NCBI GenBank assembly: GCA_030390025.1
Contig: CM059449.1
Location: forward strand, 15,500,001 to 15,564,000
Origin: Squalus acanthias
Lineage: Eukaryota
DNA: 64,000 bases
Direction: 5' to 3'
Shown here: piece after piece, positions 49,422 through 62,244 of the stretch
Layout of the letters: each line of letters begins with the position of its first letter
Numbering within the stretch: the stretch's first letter is position 1
Notes under the pieces: generated by a model
What the model saw: the letters and a program-made list of their open reading frames with translations, nothing else
Database searches by the model: none
What the model was told of the DNA's origin: nothing
Translations under genes and position numbers: made by a program

Positions 49422-52400
49422 TCATAGTCATAGTGTCATAGAGTTATACAGCACAGAAAGAGTCCCTTCGGCCCATCATGTCCGCGCCGGCCATCAAGCC
49501 CTATCTATTCTAATCCCATTTTCCAGCACATGAACCGTTGCCTTGTATGCTATGGCGTTTCAAGTGCTCATCTAAATGCTTCTTGTTTGTTGTGAGGATT
49601 CCTGCCTCTACCACCCTTTCAGGCAGTGAGTTCCAGATTCCAACCACCCTCTGGGTGAAAAACTTTTTCCTAAAATCCCCTCTGAACCTCCTGCCCCTTA
49701 CCCTGAAACTATGCCCCCTGGTTATTGACCCCTCTACTCAGGGGAAAAGTTCCTTTCCATCTACCATATCCATGCCCCTCATAATTTTGTACACCTCAAT
49801 TAGATCCCCCCCTCAGCATTCTCTGCTCTAAGGAAAATAACCCCAGCCTGTCCAGTCTCTCTTCACAGCTGAAGCGCTCCAGCCCAGGTAACATCCTGGT
49901 GAATCTCCTCTGCACCCTCTGCAATACAATAACATCCTTCCTGTTGTGTGGCGACCAGAATTGCACACAGAATTCCAGCTGAGACCTAACTACTGCTTTG
50001 TACAGCTCCATCATAACCTCCCTGCTCTTATATTCTATGCCTCGGCTAATGAAGGCAAGTATCCCATATGCCTTTTTAACCACCTTATCTACCTGTCCTG
50101 CTGCCTTCAGGGATCTATGTACATGCACATCAAGTTCCCTCTGATCCTCTGTCCTTCCTCGTGTCCTACCATTCATTGCGTATTCCCTTGCCTTGTTAGT
50201 CCTCCCAAAATGCATCACCTCACACTTTTCAGGGTTAAATTCCATTTGCCACAGTGCTGCCCATCTAACCAACCCGTCTATATCCTCCTGTAGCCTGAGG
50301 ATTCCCTCCTCGCTATTTACCACTCCACCAATTTACGTGTCATCAGCGAATTTACTGATCACACCTCTTACATTCATTTCTAAATTATTAATATACACTA
50401 CAAACAGCAAAGGACCCAGCACCGGGCTCTTACCTTCTTGACCAGTCTCCCATGTGGGACTTTGTCAAAAGCCTTACTGATGTCCATGTAGACCATATCA
50501 ACTGCACTACCCTCATCCACAAACCTAGTCACCCTCTCGAAAAATTCAATCAAATTGTTTAAACATGATCTCCCCCTGACAAAGCCATGCTGACTATCCT
50601 TGATTAATCCTTGCCTCTCCAAGTGGAGACTAATTCTGTCCTTCAGAATTTTTTCCAATAATTTCCCTGCCACTGATGTTAGGCTCACTGGCCTGTAATA
50701 CCCTGGATGAACCCTACTAAGCTTCTTGAATAATGGTACTACGTTAGGTGTTCTCCAGTCCTCTGGCACATCTCTTGTGGCCAGAGAGGTTCTGAAAATT
50801 TGTGTCAGAGCCCCTGCAATCTCCTCCCTTACCTCACACAGCAGCCTGGGATACATATCGTCTGGACCTGGGGATTTATCCACTTTTAAGCCCGCTAAAA
50901 CCGCTAGTACCTCCTCTTTCTCAATACTAATTTGTTCAAGTATATCACAATCCCCCTGCCTGATTTCTATGCCTACATCGGCCTTCTCCAGAGTGAACCC
51001 AGGTGCAATATATTCATTTCAAACCTCACTTACATCTTCCAGCTCTACACACAGATTGCCACTTTGGTCCCTAATGGGCCCTACACTTTCCCTGGTTATC
51101 CTCTTGCGCTTAATATACTTATGAAGCACCTTGGGATTTTCCTTTATTTTGCCCACTAGTGTTTTTTCATGCCCCCTCTTCGCTCCCCTAATTTCTTTTT
51201 TAAGTACCCCCCTGCACTTTCTGTACTCCACTAGGGCTTCCACTGTTTTTAGTCCATTGTATCTGCCAAAAGCCTCCCTTTTTTTCCTAATAAATTCCTG
51301 TATATCCCTTGACATCCAGGGTTCCCTAGGCTTGTTGGTCCCACCCTTGACCTTTATGGGAACATGTTGACGTTGTACTCTCTCTATTTCCTTTCTGAAA
51401 TACTCCCATTGCTCGGATGTGGATTTTCCTACAAGTAGCTGATCCCAGTCTACTTTGGCCAGATCCTGCCTTATATTAAAATCGGCCTTCCCCCAATTTA
51501 GAACCTTTATTTCCGTTCAATCTTTGTCCTTTTCCATGACTACCTTAAATCTCACCGAATTATTGGTCACCGTCACCAAAATGCTCTCCTACTGACACTT
51601 CTACCACTTGCCCGGCTACATTCCCTAGAATTAGGTCCAGCACCGCCCCCTCTCTTGTAGAGCTTTCTACATCCTGGCTCAAAAATCTCTCCTGGATGCA
51701 CTTTAAGAATTCGGCACCCTCTAAGCCTTTCACACTCTGACTATCCCAGTTAAAATTGGGGAAGTTGAAATCCCCCCCTATTATTTCTATACTTCTCAGG
51801 GATTTGCCTACATATCTGTTGCTCTATCTCCCCCTGACTGTTTGGGGGCGTTTAGTACACTCCCAGCAAAGTGCTTGCCCCCTTTTTGCTTTTCAGTTCT
51901 GCCCAGATGGCCTCATTAGAGGAACCTGCTAAGATATCATCCCTCCTTACAGCAGTAATTGACTCCATGATTAATATTGAGACACCCGCTCCACTTTTAC
52001 ACTTCCCTCTGCCTCGCCTGAAGATTCTATACCACGGAATATTGAGCTGCCAGTCCTACCAGGGCGACACGGTGGCATAGTGGTTAGCACTGATGCCTCA
52101 CAGCACCAAGGACCCGAGTTCGAATCTGACCTCGGGTGACTGTCTGTGTGGAGTTTGCACATTCTCCCCGTGTCTGCGTGGGTTTGCTCTGGTTTCCTCC
52201 CACAGTCCAAAAATGTGCGGGTTAGGTTGATTTGGCTATGATAAATTAACCCTTAGTGTTAGGGGGGGGGGTTAAATATGTGGGGTTGTGGGGATAGGAT
52301 GGGATATGTTAGGGGAAATTAAATACGTGGGGTTACAGGGGTAGGGTGGGATATGTGTACTGTGGGGATTAAAGCAGGGACGGGGTACTGGATTTAGATG

Positions 52401-52705
52401 ATCAGCCATGATCGTATTGAATGGTGGAGCAGGTCGACTGGCCGACTCCTGCTCCGAGATTCTATGTTTACCCCTCCCTCAACCATGTCTCTGTGATAGC
52501 AACAATATCATACTCCCATGTGTTCATCAACAACTTCAATTCATCTGCCTTACTCGCAAGACTCCTTGTATTAAAATAAATGCCATCCAACCTTGCCATA
52601 CTCCCTTGTGCCGTTACATATGTGCTCTGCCTTTCAGGCTGACTTGTTTTTTCCTCTATATTTGGCTCTGCATCACCCCCTACTATAGCTCCACTCCGTA
52701 TCCCG
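49422..52705 (-). mobile_element. About 3.3-kb CR1-type LINE inserted in the last intron of I3, same subfamily as 32297-34200, with a nested SINE
   Basis: RT motifs KAFDKVPH and QHGFVRGRSC, with frameshifts. It splits an older repeat that is contiguous near 22185 and 9745. Confidence 0.9.
52061..52466 (+). mobile_element. HE1/V-SINE-type tRNA-derived SINE nested in the CR1
   Basis: tRNA-like head (ggtggcatagtggttagc..gagttcgaatc), V-domain tgtgtggagtttgcacattctccccgtgtctgcgtgggtt and a LINE-derived tail. Confidence 0.85.
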
Positions 52706-55700
52706 TATGTGGTCGGGTTTGAATTACACGTCGCCCGGATCCTGCGTCCAGGTCTCTGGATTACTGGTCCAGTAACATAACCACTATGCTGCCGTTCCCT
52801 GTATATGCTTGCGCATGCACCTGCTTATTTGTGTGTGGCTATATGTATTTGCGAGAGTTTGTGCGAGTGTGTCTTTCTGTGTGTGCAGGTGTTTGAATTC
52901 TGGGACTGTTATATTTCATTTCATGCCTTTCTTGATTGTCTTTCTCTTGAATTATAACTAATATTTTAGTCCCCGTCTCTATTCAATTTCGATTTCCAAC
53001 TTGCTGCGCCTGTGCGTAAAACTGGCGTTTGGTTGGGCCGCACCTGTGCTTTACACCTGTGTGGCAAGTTGAGAATCTACCCCACATCTTCAAGAAGAAA
53101 AGTTGAGGCCGTCCAACCTCGTTTCATCTTCAGATTTTTACATCCAACTGAGAGAACGTTTTACATGATAATCTACCTGGAAAAGTAAACCAGAGGTCAG
53201 TAGGTTTAAAAATAATATAATTAGCCCAAGTCATTGTGCTACATACCCGATTTGTTCGTCTGCACTCAGAGCTGTCATAATTCCTCTCTATAAAGCATAG
53301 AAAAAGGAAAAAAAGAAAGACTTGCATTTATATAGCGCCTTTGACCACCTCAGGACGTCCCAAAGCGCTTCACAGCCAATCAAGTACTTTTTGAATTGTA
53401 ATCGCTGTTTTAATGTAGGAAACGCGGCAGCCAAATTGCGCATAGCAAGCTCCCACAAACAGTAATCTGACAATGGCCAGAAAATCTGTTTCAGTGATGT
53501 TAATTCAGGAATAAACATTGGCTGGGACACCGGGGAGAACACCCCTGCTGTTCTTCAAAATAGTACCACGGGATCTTTTACTTCCAGCTGAGAGGACAGA
53601 CGGGGCCTCGGTCTACTGTCTCATCCAAAAGACGGCACCTCCGACAATGCAACGCTCCCTCAGCACTGCACTGGGAGTGTCAGCCTAGATTTTTGTGCTC
53701 AAGTCTCTGGATTGCGACTCGAAGGCCACAACCTTCAATGTTTCAGAGGCTAACAACTGAGCCACTGGAAATGACATTGCACAATTTAATTTACTTGAAC
53801 AGTGTATACAATACAATACAACATATTGTGCCGTATATATAGCGCTATAATGCACTGTGGTCTGATGCAAAAGGATACAACATAACATGGAAGAAAAGGA
53901 GAACGCAATAAAATAAAATATACAGTAGGATGTACCGTATTGCACAACAATAAAACGATACAATTCGTATGGACCAACATATAATACGCTACCACGCAAT
54001 ATAAAACAGCATAAGGCTTTTCTGTGCGATATAAACGGTGTTCATATCAGATTCCGAGGCCCACTATTTTAACTGTTTACTTTAAACTAATGGGAAAAGC
54101 AATTTAACATGAGCGCGCCTAGCACTCGTACGATAATAGGGTGATGTCCAGGCTAATCTATTATAATAGATGATATATAATACAGCATAACATTGAAACG
54201 TACTTTTCAATATCATGTAATAATACATCACACAAAAAAATCAGCGTGTGGTAAGAAAATATCATAAAATATTATATTAGCCACGAACCTCAAAACTTCA
54301 AATTGACATTGTGACCAAGACGTCTAAAAAGTGTCACACAATAGCCGTTTTGGAAGCAAAAGTTATTGAATGATAGAGTCATACAGCACAGAATGAGGCC
54401 ATTCGGCCCAATATGCCTGTGCCGGCTCTCTGCAAGAGCTATTAATTAGTCCCAATCCCCCCTGCTCTTTCCCCATATCCTGGAAACATTTCCCTTTTTA
54501 ACTATTTATCCAAATCCCTTTTGAAAGTTAATGTTGAATCTGCTTCCACCGCGCTTTCAGGCAACGCATTCCAGATCACAACAACTCACTGAGTAAATAA
54601 AACATCTCCTCATCTCCCCTTGGCTTTTTTTTTGCCAATACCTTAAATCTATGTCCTCTGGTTACCCACAGAATAATCAGACAGATCAATACTGAACTCT
54701 TGGTCAACGGATTATACCTGATAGATAAGAAAATTAACCATATTATCAATTAAAATCGAATTAAATCGAAGGAGTAAGCGTTCGGAGTTTATTAAAAGTG
54801 GCAGGTTGTGCACATTTCTTTCTGACTTCCACCTGCTTCATCGATCACTGTGTAGAGCGGATCTGGACTGAAGCAAAAGAGGACATCAGAAAATTTAGAT
54901 ATCCAAAACAATAAAATACATTAAAGAAAAAGTAAGTGGCTTTCTTTAAATAAAAGTAGATCTATGTAAACAGTTACCTGGTGGGTTGCTGAAGAGCGAC
55001 TATGAGGAGAGAAAGACAAATACAGAAAAATTAAAGAGCTGAAGTTATTGATGATATCTGCAAGAAGCAACTGAAAAAAATTGGTATCGAATGAAGCGAA
55101 TCACATTTTGGGGGCAATTTTAACCAAACCCGCGGAGAAACGGACGGGATCGGGTGCAACGTTTCGAAGTCAAATGAGAGCAATATTGGGCGGGTCTCAT
55201 GCCGGCGTTCCACCCGATCCCGTGCGTTTCCCGCCCGGTGAGTTCGGATAAAATTACCAGAGAATTTGCGAACCACATGGAATTCAGTAGAGGTACAATT
55301 AGTGCTGTTACCTCTCTTACGACGCCGGCTGATAACAACTATGATTATGATGATGATGATGATCAGGAGAGGCACCCCTACCGCTTCATAGACGAGTGGT
55401 GGGATCATTGGTGCGGACTCGCCGTGGCTGCTCTCTCCACCACCTGTGTGTAAATGTAAAGTTTATTTTGTGAAACAGAGCAGTCAAGAGCAGGGCAATG
55501 GTCACATTGAGATTGAGGATCAGCAAATGTGAGACAGATTCCCAATCCTCTTTGACATGCGGGGCTATTTCACACTGGCATACATGAAACTAGGCCACCG
55601 ATCAAAACGCAAAATGTCACCAGTGGGCAGCTGGAGATATTCCCACCCGGGAAGTAAGACTGGGAGAAATTTAATGTAGGGACGTTTAATGGGTTGGTGA

Positions 55701-58700
55701 CAGTTTCCTTTCTTTTAAATGCCGGGGGGTAGGGGTGGGGTCGTGTGAGTTCTGTTAACATTGGACCTTAGAAACAGGAGGAGTCCATTCAGTCCCTCCA
55801 GCCTGTTCCAACATTCAACGAGATCATGGCTGATCTGCGACCTAACTCCATATAACCGCCTTTGGCCCATATTCCTTAATACGTTTGGTTAACAAAAATC
55901 TATCAATCTCCGATTTAGAATTAACAATTGATCTAGCATCAGTTGTCGTTTGAGGAAGAAAGTTCCAAACTTCTATCAGACTTTATGTGTGTAGAAGTGT
56001 TTCCTAATTTCACTCCTGAAAGCTCTGCTATAATTTCTACACCATAGCCCCTAGTCCTAAACTCCCCAACAAGCCGAAATAATTTCTCTCTATCTACCAT
56101 CTCTGTTCTCCTTAATATCACGAGAGTGTCGCTCCTCCCGCTCAGTTTTTTTGAATTCAGTAGCCCCTGGAGATCCCATCGATCCTGAGCACGAACCAGA
56201 AAATCTTCCCCTCCTATTTACGGGATGCTTAAGACAAAAGGAACATCTGGAAATTATAAGTGCCGAGACTGGGTGGTCAACGTGGTTCTTCCGCGGACCC
56301 ATCTTTGCATTTTGTTGGCGAACAATGTTGTAATTTCTATTTGCACACACAACTATATCCGCCACTACCACCATTTACAGGATGGCAGTGAAATCTAACT
56401 AATCATATACGCGTTGACCGGTTTATTCCTAATATTGGCACGCGGTGATTTCAAGGCTCACGTGTTGCTCTAATTACGGGGCTCCAGTCTTCGCCTCGCA
56501 CACTGTAACTGGGTTGACTACTTATCTATAGCCCTATCTAAAATTGTATACAGCAACTGAATGTAATTATTATCCCCACTATTTATTTATTTTAAAAGGT
56601 AATTCTCGGGATACGGGCGACGCTGGCGAGGCGGGCATGTTATTGTCCATCTCTGGTTGACCCCTTGCGAAGGTGGTGGTGGGCCGCCTTCTTCTTGAAC
56701 TGCTGAATTCAGTGTGGTGAAGGTTCTCCCGCAGTGCTGTTAGGGAGGCAGTTCTAGGATTTTGGAAGGAACAGCGATACAAGTCCAAGTCAGGCTGGTG
56801 TGTGACTTGGAGGGGGACTTGGAGGTGGTGGTGTTCCCATGCGCCTGCTGCCCTTGAACTTCTAGGTGGTGGAGGTCGCGTTTTGGGAGTTCCAATTGAT
56901 GTAATGGAGAATTTTTCTCTACGGCCGATATTACCCCTAGTAAAATCCCATATGATTGCGTGCAATTTCATTTGTAAGGACATCTCCACCAATCCAAACT
57001 TACTGTATTGACGCAGTTCCACGGTCACTGTTGTCCCGGTTCGTGAGCTGCAGCGATTCCCACGAGGTGCACTTTGCAGGAATAGAACCCGGTATCTTCC
57101 GGTTTCAGCTGGATTATTCTAATGGTCGCGTCTCTCCTCTGTCTGAAATCCTCTTTACTTGCCCCGAACACCCTGCCTCTGTATTCCGCTGTATTGTTGG
57201 AAACTTCATTTCCCTGTTTGGTGCCTCGGTGCCACGTGTAGCTGCCGATTCCTGTGGGACCCTCATATCTACAGAGCAGGTCCGCTGTCTGTCCCGCGGT
57301 TTTGGTGAGAGATTGCGGTCTCTGAATTACGGTAATATTTCCAACAGTAACTGCTGAATCTGGGTAAAACAGACCATTTATAAATATACAGGGCACTTCT
57401 TTGCTTTAAAGCAGGCCGTGGAAGGGCTGGTTTGAAGCAAATATTTGTTCGGAGGATTTTTGATAAGGTATTCATGATCTTTAACTTGAGGGAATAAAAA
57501 CTGAAAACACTGGATACACTCAGCACGTCAGGCAGCATCTGTGGAGAGAGAAACAGTGTTAACGTTTCAGCTCCATGACATTTCGTCAGAACTGGAAAGG
57601 TTGGAGATGTACCAGGTTTTAAGCAATTGCAGAGGCAGGGAAAAGGAGGAAGGGGAGGAAAGAAGAAAAGGGAGGTTCTGTGATAGAGTGGAAGGCAGGA
57701 GAGATTCAATGACAAAAGGGATGATGGTGCAAGACAAAAAGAGATGGTAATAGGACAAGTAAAGGAACAAAAGATGGGTGCAGGAGGGGTGTAAATGGTT
57801 AAATTGAGGGATATTGGTGCTGGAGCTGGAGCGCCTTTGGTTTTTGGGATCACTCCATGTCAAGTATAGAATGGATCTGGTACAAAGTACCTCTGTCCCG
57901 TTCCAAATAATCAGCTTTAACTTTAATTTCAGTTCTCCCGATATGTTTTCTGTGTTGCCCGCTGGTCTCATTAACACTTTGAGCGAGGGTGTGAAATGGG
58001 CAATCTCGAAATTAAACGCCTTGCCCGATGTTCTCTTCCATTTGGGTGCCATTTTAACTCTGGGTGCTAAATGGGCGAGGTCGGATCGGCTGCCTGAAAT
58101 CAAAATCGGGGCAGGTGTACAACTGCGGCTGATCCGACGTCGCCATAGCTCTCCATATATCTTTCTACTTCTTTTCTTGATCTGTCTTTGCATTTCTCAC
58201 TGTCTGCTTTCTGGTTCTCAGTTTCTCTCACTGGTTCTCTGTGAATTTGGGAGTGATGAAACAGGAGAATGAAAGATGTTTTATTTAAATTTGGAGAGAC
58301 AGGCGTTGAGGGTCCCTGGGTTACATTCTGGGACCAGTGGGGGACACACGCAGGCTGTGCAAAGACTGGTGTCCTGTATCTCTAATTCTTTTCATTATAT
58401 CTCTGTATCTCTACAGTTTTCTTTATATCTCTATTCCTCTCTCTCTATGTGCCTATCTGTATGTCGATCTCGCTTTATATTTCTGTATCTCTCTGTACCT
58501 TTCCTTTATAACTTTATAATTTTGTATTCCTTGAAATCTCCACATCTCTCTCTTTGAAACTCTCAGAATGTCTGTTCTCTTTTTCTCTCAGGATCCCTCT
58601 CAGGCCTATTATTTGAGAGAGACATTTTAAACTTAAACAGAACCTGCTCCAAAGACACAAGAGATGCGGAACTAGAATGTGTGCCAACACCTTCTGCCTC

Positions 58701-60941
58701 ATCTGGACTGGGAACCTTGGGTTTTGTACATTCCACCATCTCCTGTCCATACAATAAACACCTTGCATCCTGTGTAGTTCAGAACAGATTAACAGATCAG
58801 GAAAAGCATGTCCCTTGCCAGAGTGCTGCCCTGGGCTATCCATGGATTAGCAGGTCAATGGACAGGCCCCCTAGCGAGCAAAGCCAACATGTCAATGGCT
58901 AAAGGGGTGGAGTCTGCAATCTGCTCACCTGGTGGGGGCGGGTTGTGGGTGGTAAGATCCAAGTCCCAATCCTTCCTCCCTCCAGAATAAGGGACGTCTC
59001 TCAGTCTGCTGTGTGTGTGTTTGTTGTGCTGTGTGCAATTTCTCTCTGTCTCAATCTTTAACTCTTTAGATTCTCTGGTTTCTAAGCGGGGTTTACTTGT
59101 AATGTGATGTTGTCGAGAGATTGTCTGTGTAACTGAGAGAGGGAGCCCTGGGCTCTTGCTGTGCTTTTTTTGCTTTGTTTCTCCACCAATCTCTTTTCTC
59201 TCTCTCTTCTCCCAAGGACATATTTTATATTTGCAAAGCTGTAACAAGATGCAGAGAAAGCGTGAGAGCTTTGGGACAAGGAATACCTTGGACAAGATCT
59301 TCCTCCGCAGTGGACAATCCGAGGCCTTCACCAAAGGCTGCACCCAAATGGCCCACGTGAGTCTATGTCTGTTTATAACCCCGGGGTTTAATTTCCTCTT
59401 GGGGAGCCTGGGATTCTGGTGCCTCGGGTTAACTTGTTCCTGTTGGATTGTGCGCCTTGAGTTTCCAACAGGTTTAAAGCCTGGGGTTAAAGTAGCCCCG
59501 GCCTTGCAATGTGGCACAAACACGTTAACCCCTGGTGCGCGACAAAGACGCCCCCAAAGAGGAAATTAAAGTCCTCAACGTGTACCCGTGTTAAAATTAC
59601 AGAATAATGCTGGTGTTTTGAGCAGTGCGATTAATTTGACATTTAAATGAGTGTGCGTTCTCCATTTTAATTCATTTTACTGGTGTTCCGAGCGTGGATT
59701 TATTACTGTGTCTATTTCACTCCAGCTTTCTCTGACTCTCTCCATCTTTCTTTGTCTCTCTCCATCTTTCTCTGTTATGTGGCTCGATGTCTAATTTTGT
59801 TTTATACCACTCCTGTGAAGCGCCCTGGGAGGTTTTACTACATTAAAGGCACTATACAAATATAAGTTGTTGTTGTTGTTATTATCTCGGCTTTCCCCGT
59901 CTCTCTCCAGATTTCTCTCTCTCTCTCTCTCTCTCTAGCTTTTTCTCTCTCTCTTTGCAAAGCAACCGAATTTTCCCCCTTAACATCTAATAAATGCAGC
60001 CCACAGCAATGTGATTTGTCATCATTTTAAGTGATAGACAGAAACATTTCAAAGTACATTTCAATCAAGATTAAAGCTGAGATAAAGAGAAAGAAAGAGA
60101 GAGAGAGAGCGGATGAGTGAAAGAAAAAAAGAGGGTCAGAGATGAAGACTTAGATTGGAACAGAAAGAGGGGGTGAGTGAACAAAAGAGGAGAGATGCGG
60201 ATGCACTGTAACATTTAATGTACGCACATCACAAATCCTGGGCCGAACGGGTACAGAGCACAGAGTGAGAGAGGCACGGGGATCGCCAGTGTTTGTTTTT
60301 TCATAATGAGGCAGACGGCGACTTTAATAAGTGTCCCAAAGGAATCAACAGCTTAATCCCTGTTTAAAGAATGAGTTCTGCACTTTCTGGGGAGTGAGGG
60401 GTTGTCCGCAGGCTTGGAATACATGCCGGGGGAGAGTGGGTTACAGCGGGCGAGAGGGGGCGGGGGGACGATAGGGAAGGAGTAGGTCCCACTCCCCACT
60501 TGCTCCTTTCAGCCTGTCTATGAGTTTGGGTGTGAGCTGTGGGTGGAATCGAGCGGTTTCACTGGGGCCTGTTCTTGGCCCCGCTCCCCTGTGTGGGTTC
60601 AGCGTTTGAGATTTTCAAACTGCAGTAATGTTTCTCTGTCTATCACCTTCTGTATCACTCACTCCAGAGTTGCACACCTTTCTGTTCCTCTCCCTCTGTT
60701 GGTGTCTCTCTATCACTGCACAGAGAGTTACGCACCTATCTCTACCTCCCTCTGCTGGTGTCTCTCTCTCATGTCCTGGGGCCAATATTTATCCCTCAAC
60801 CAACGTCACTGAAACGGATCATCTGGTTATTATCACATTGTTGTTTGTGGGAGCTTGCTGTGCACAAATTGGCTGGTACGTTTAGCTGTACAGCGCTCCT
60901 GAGGTTGTGAAATTAAAGTCCTCCACGTGAACTCGTGCAAA

Positions 60942-62212
60942 GGCTTGTTATTGAATAATACTGGTGTTTTGGGCGATGCGATGATTTTTTCGGTTTAATG
61001 ATATGCGTGGTGGCCATTTTAATTCATTTTACTGATGTTCTGAATGTGGGGTTATTACTGTGTCTATTTCATAGAAACATAGAAACATAGAAGATAGGAG
61101 CAGGCGTAGGCCATTCGGCCCGTCGAGCCTGCTCCACCATTCATTACGATCATGGCTGATCATCCAAATCCAGTACCCTGTCCCTGCTTTCTCACACATA
61201 ATCCCCACAGTACAGATAGAGGCCATTTCGGCCCATCGAGCCTGCACTGACACATATCCCACCCTATCCCCGTAACCCCACGTATTTAATTCCCCCTAAC
61301 ATATCCCATCCTATCCCCGTAACCCCACATATTTAATCCCCCTAACACTAAGGGTCAATTTATCATAGCCAAATCAACCTAACCCGCACATTTTTGGACT
61401 GTGGGAGGAAACCGGAGCACCCGGAGGAAACCCACGCAGACACGGGGAGAATGTGCAAACTCCACACAGACAGTCACCCGAGGCCAGATTCGAACCCGGG
61501 TCCCTGGCGCTGTGAGGCACCAGTGGTAACCACAATGCCACCGTGTTGCCCATTTCACTCCATCTTTCTCTGTGTCGCTCTCCATCTTTCTCTGTTATGT
61601 GGCTCGATGTCAAGTTTTGTTTTATAACGCTCCTGTGAAGCGCGCTGGGAGGTTTTATTACATTAAAGGCACCATACAACTACAAGTTGTTGTTGTTGTC
61701 TCTCTTCAACTTTCCCCATCTCCCTCTCTAGACCTTTAACATCTAAAAAATGCACACATGGCAATGTGATTTGTCGTCATTTTAAATGGTAGACAGAAAC
61801 ATTTCAGAGAACATTTCAATCAAGATTAAAGCTGAGATAGAGAGAAAGAGAGAGAGACGAAGAGAGAAAGATAGCAGATGAGTGAAAGAAAGAGAAAGAT
61901 GGACAGAGATGGGGACCTAGAAAGGAACAGAGAGAGGGGGAGAGATCATGAAAGAGAGAGAGAGAGAGAGGGGGGGGGGGAGAGAGATTGAGATTTTGCT
62001 TTATAACAATCCTGTGAAGTGCCCTGAGAGGTTTTACTTTGTTAAAGGCACTATATAAATACAAGTTGTTGTCTTTCTCCATCTTTCTCTGTCTCCCTCT
62101 CGAAACCTTTAACATAGAAAACATGCCACACACAGCAATGTATTTTGTCTTTATTTTAAATGGTAGAGAGAGAGACATTTCAATCAAGATTGAAGCTGAG
62201 ATAGAGAGAAAG

Positions 62213-62244
<32 letters not shown>

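Larger units (their letters stand above)
48322..57353 (-). pseudogene. Inhibitory-type NCR3-like paralog (copy I3), single V exon with frameshift, leader not found
   Basis: Exons: V 57353-57004 (350 nt; a 1-nt deletion near 57040 gives ..HEPGQQ*), TM 55443-55312, 54999-54978, 54867-54833, 53287-53247 and ITIM exon 48429-48322 (LQYVTL, VLYALV). Homology to I2 intron 1 stops near 58144. Confidence 0.78.
39535..58144 (+). repeat. Segmental duplication copy 3
   Basis: Contains both the activating and inhibitory gene paralogs, plus copy-specific insertions at 44147-44356 and 49422-52705. Confidence 0.9.

Noticed and set aside
52061-52135. tRNA gene
   Set aside because: The tRNA-like A/B boxes are the head of a SINE that continues into the V-domain and LINE tail.
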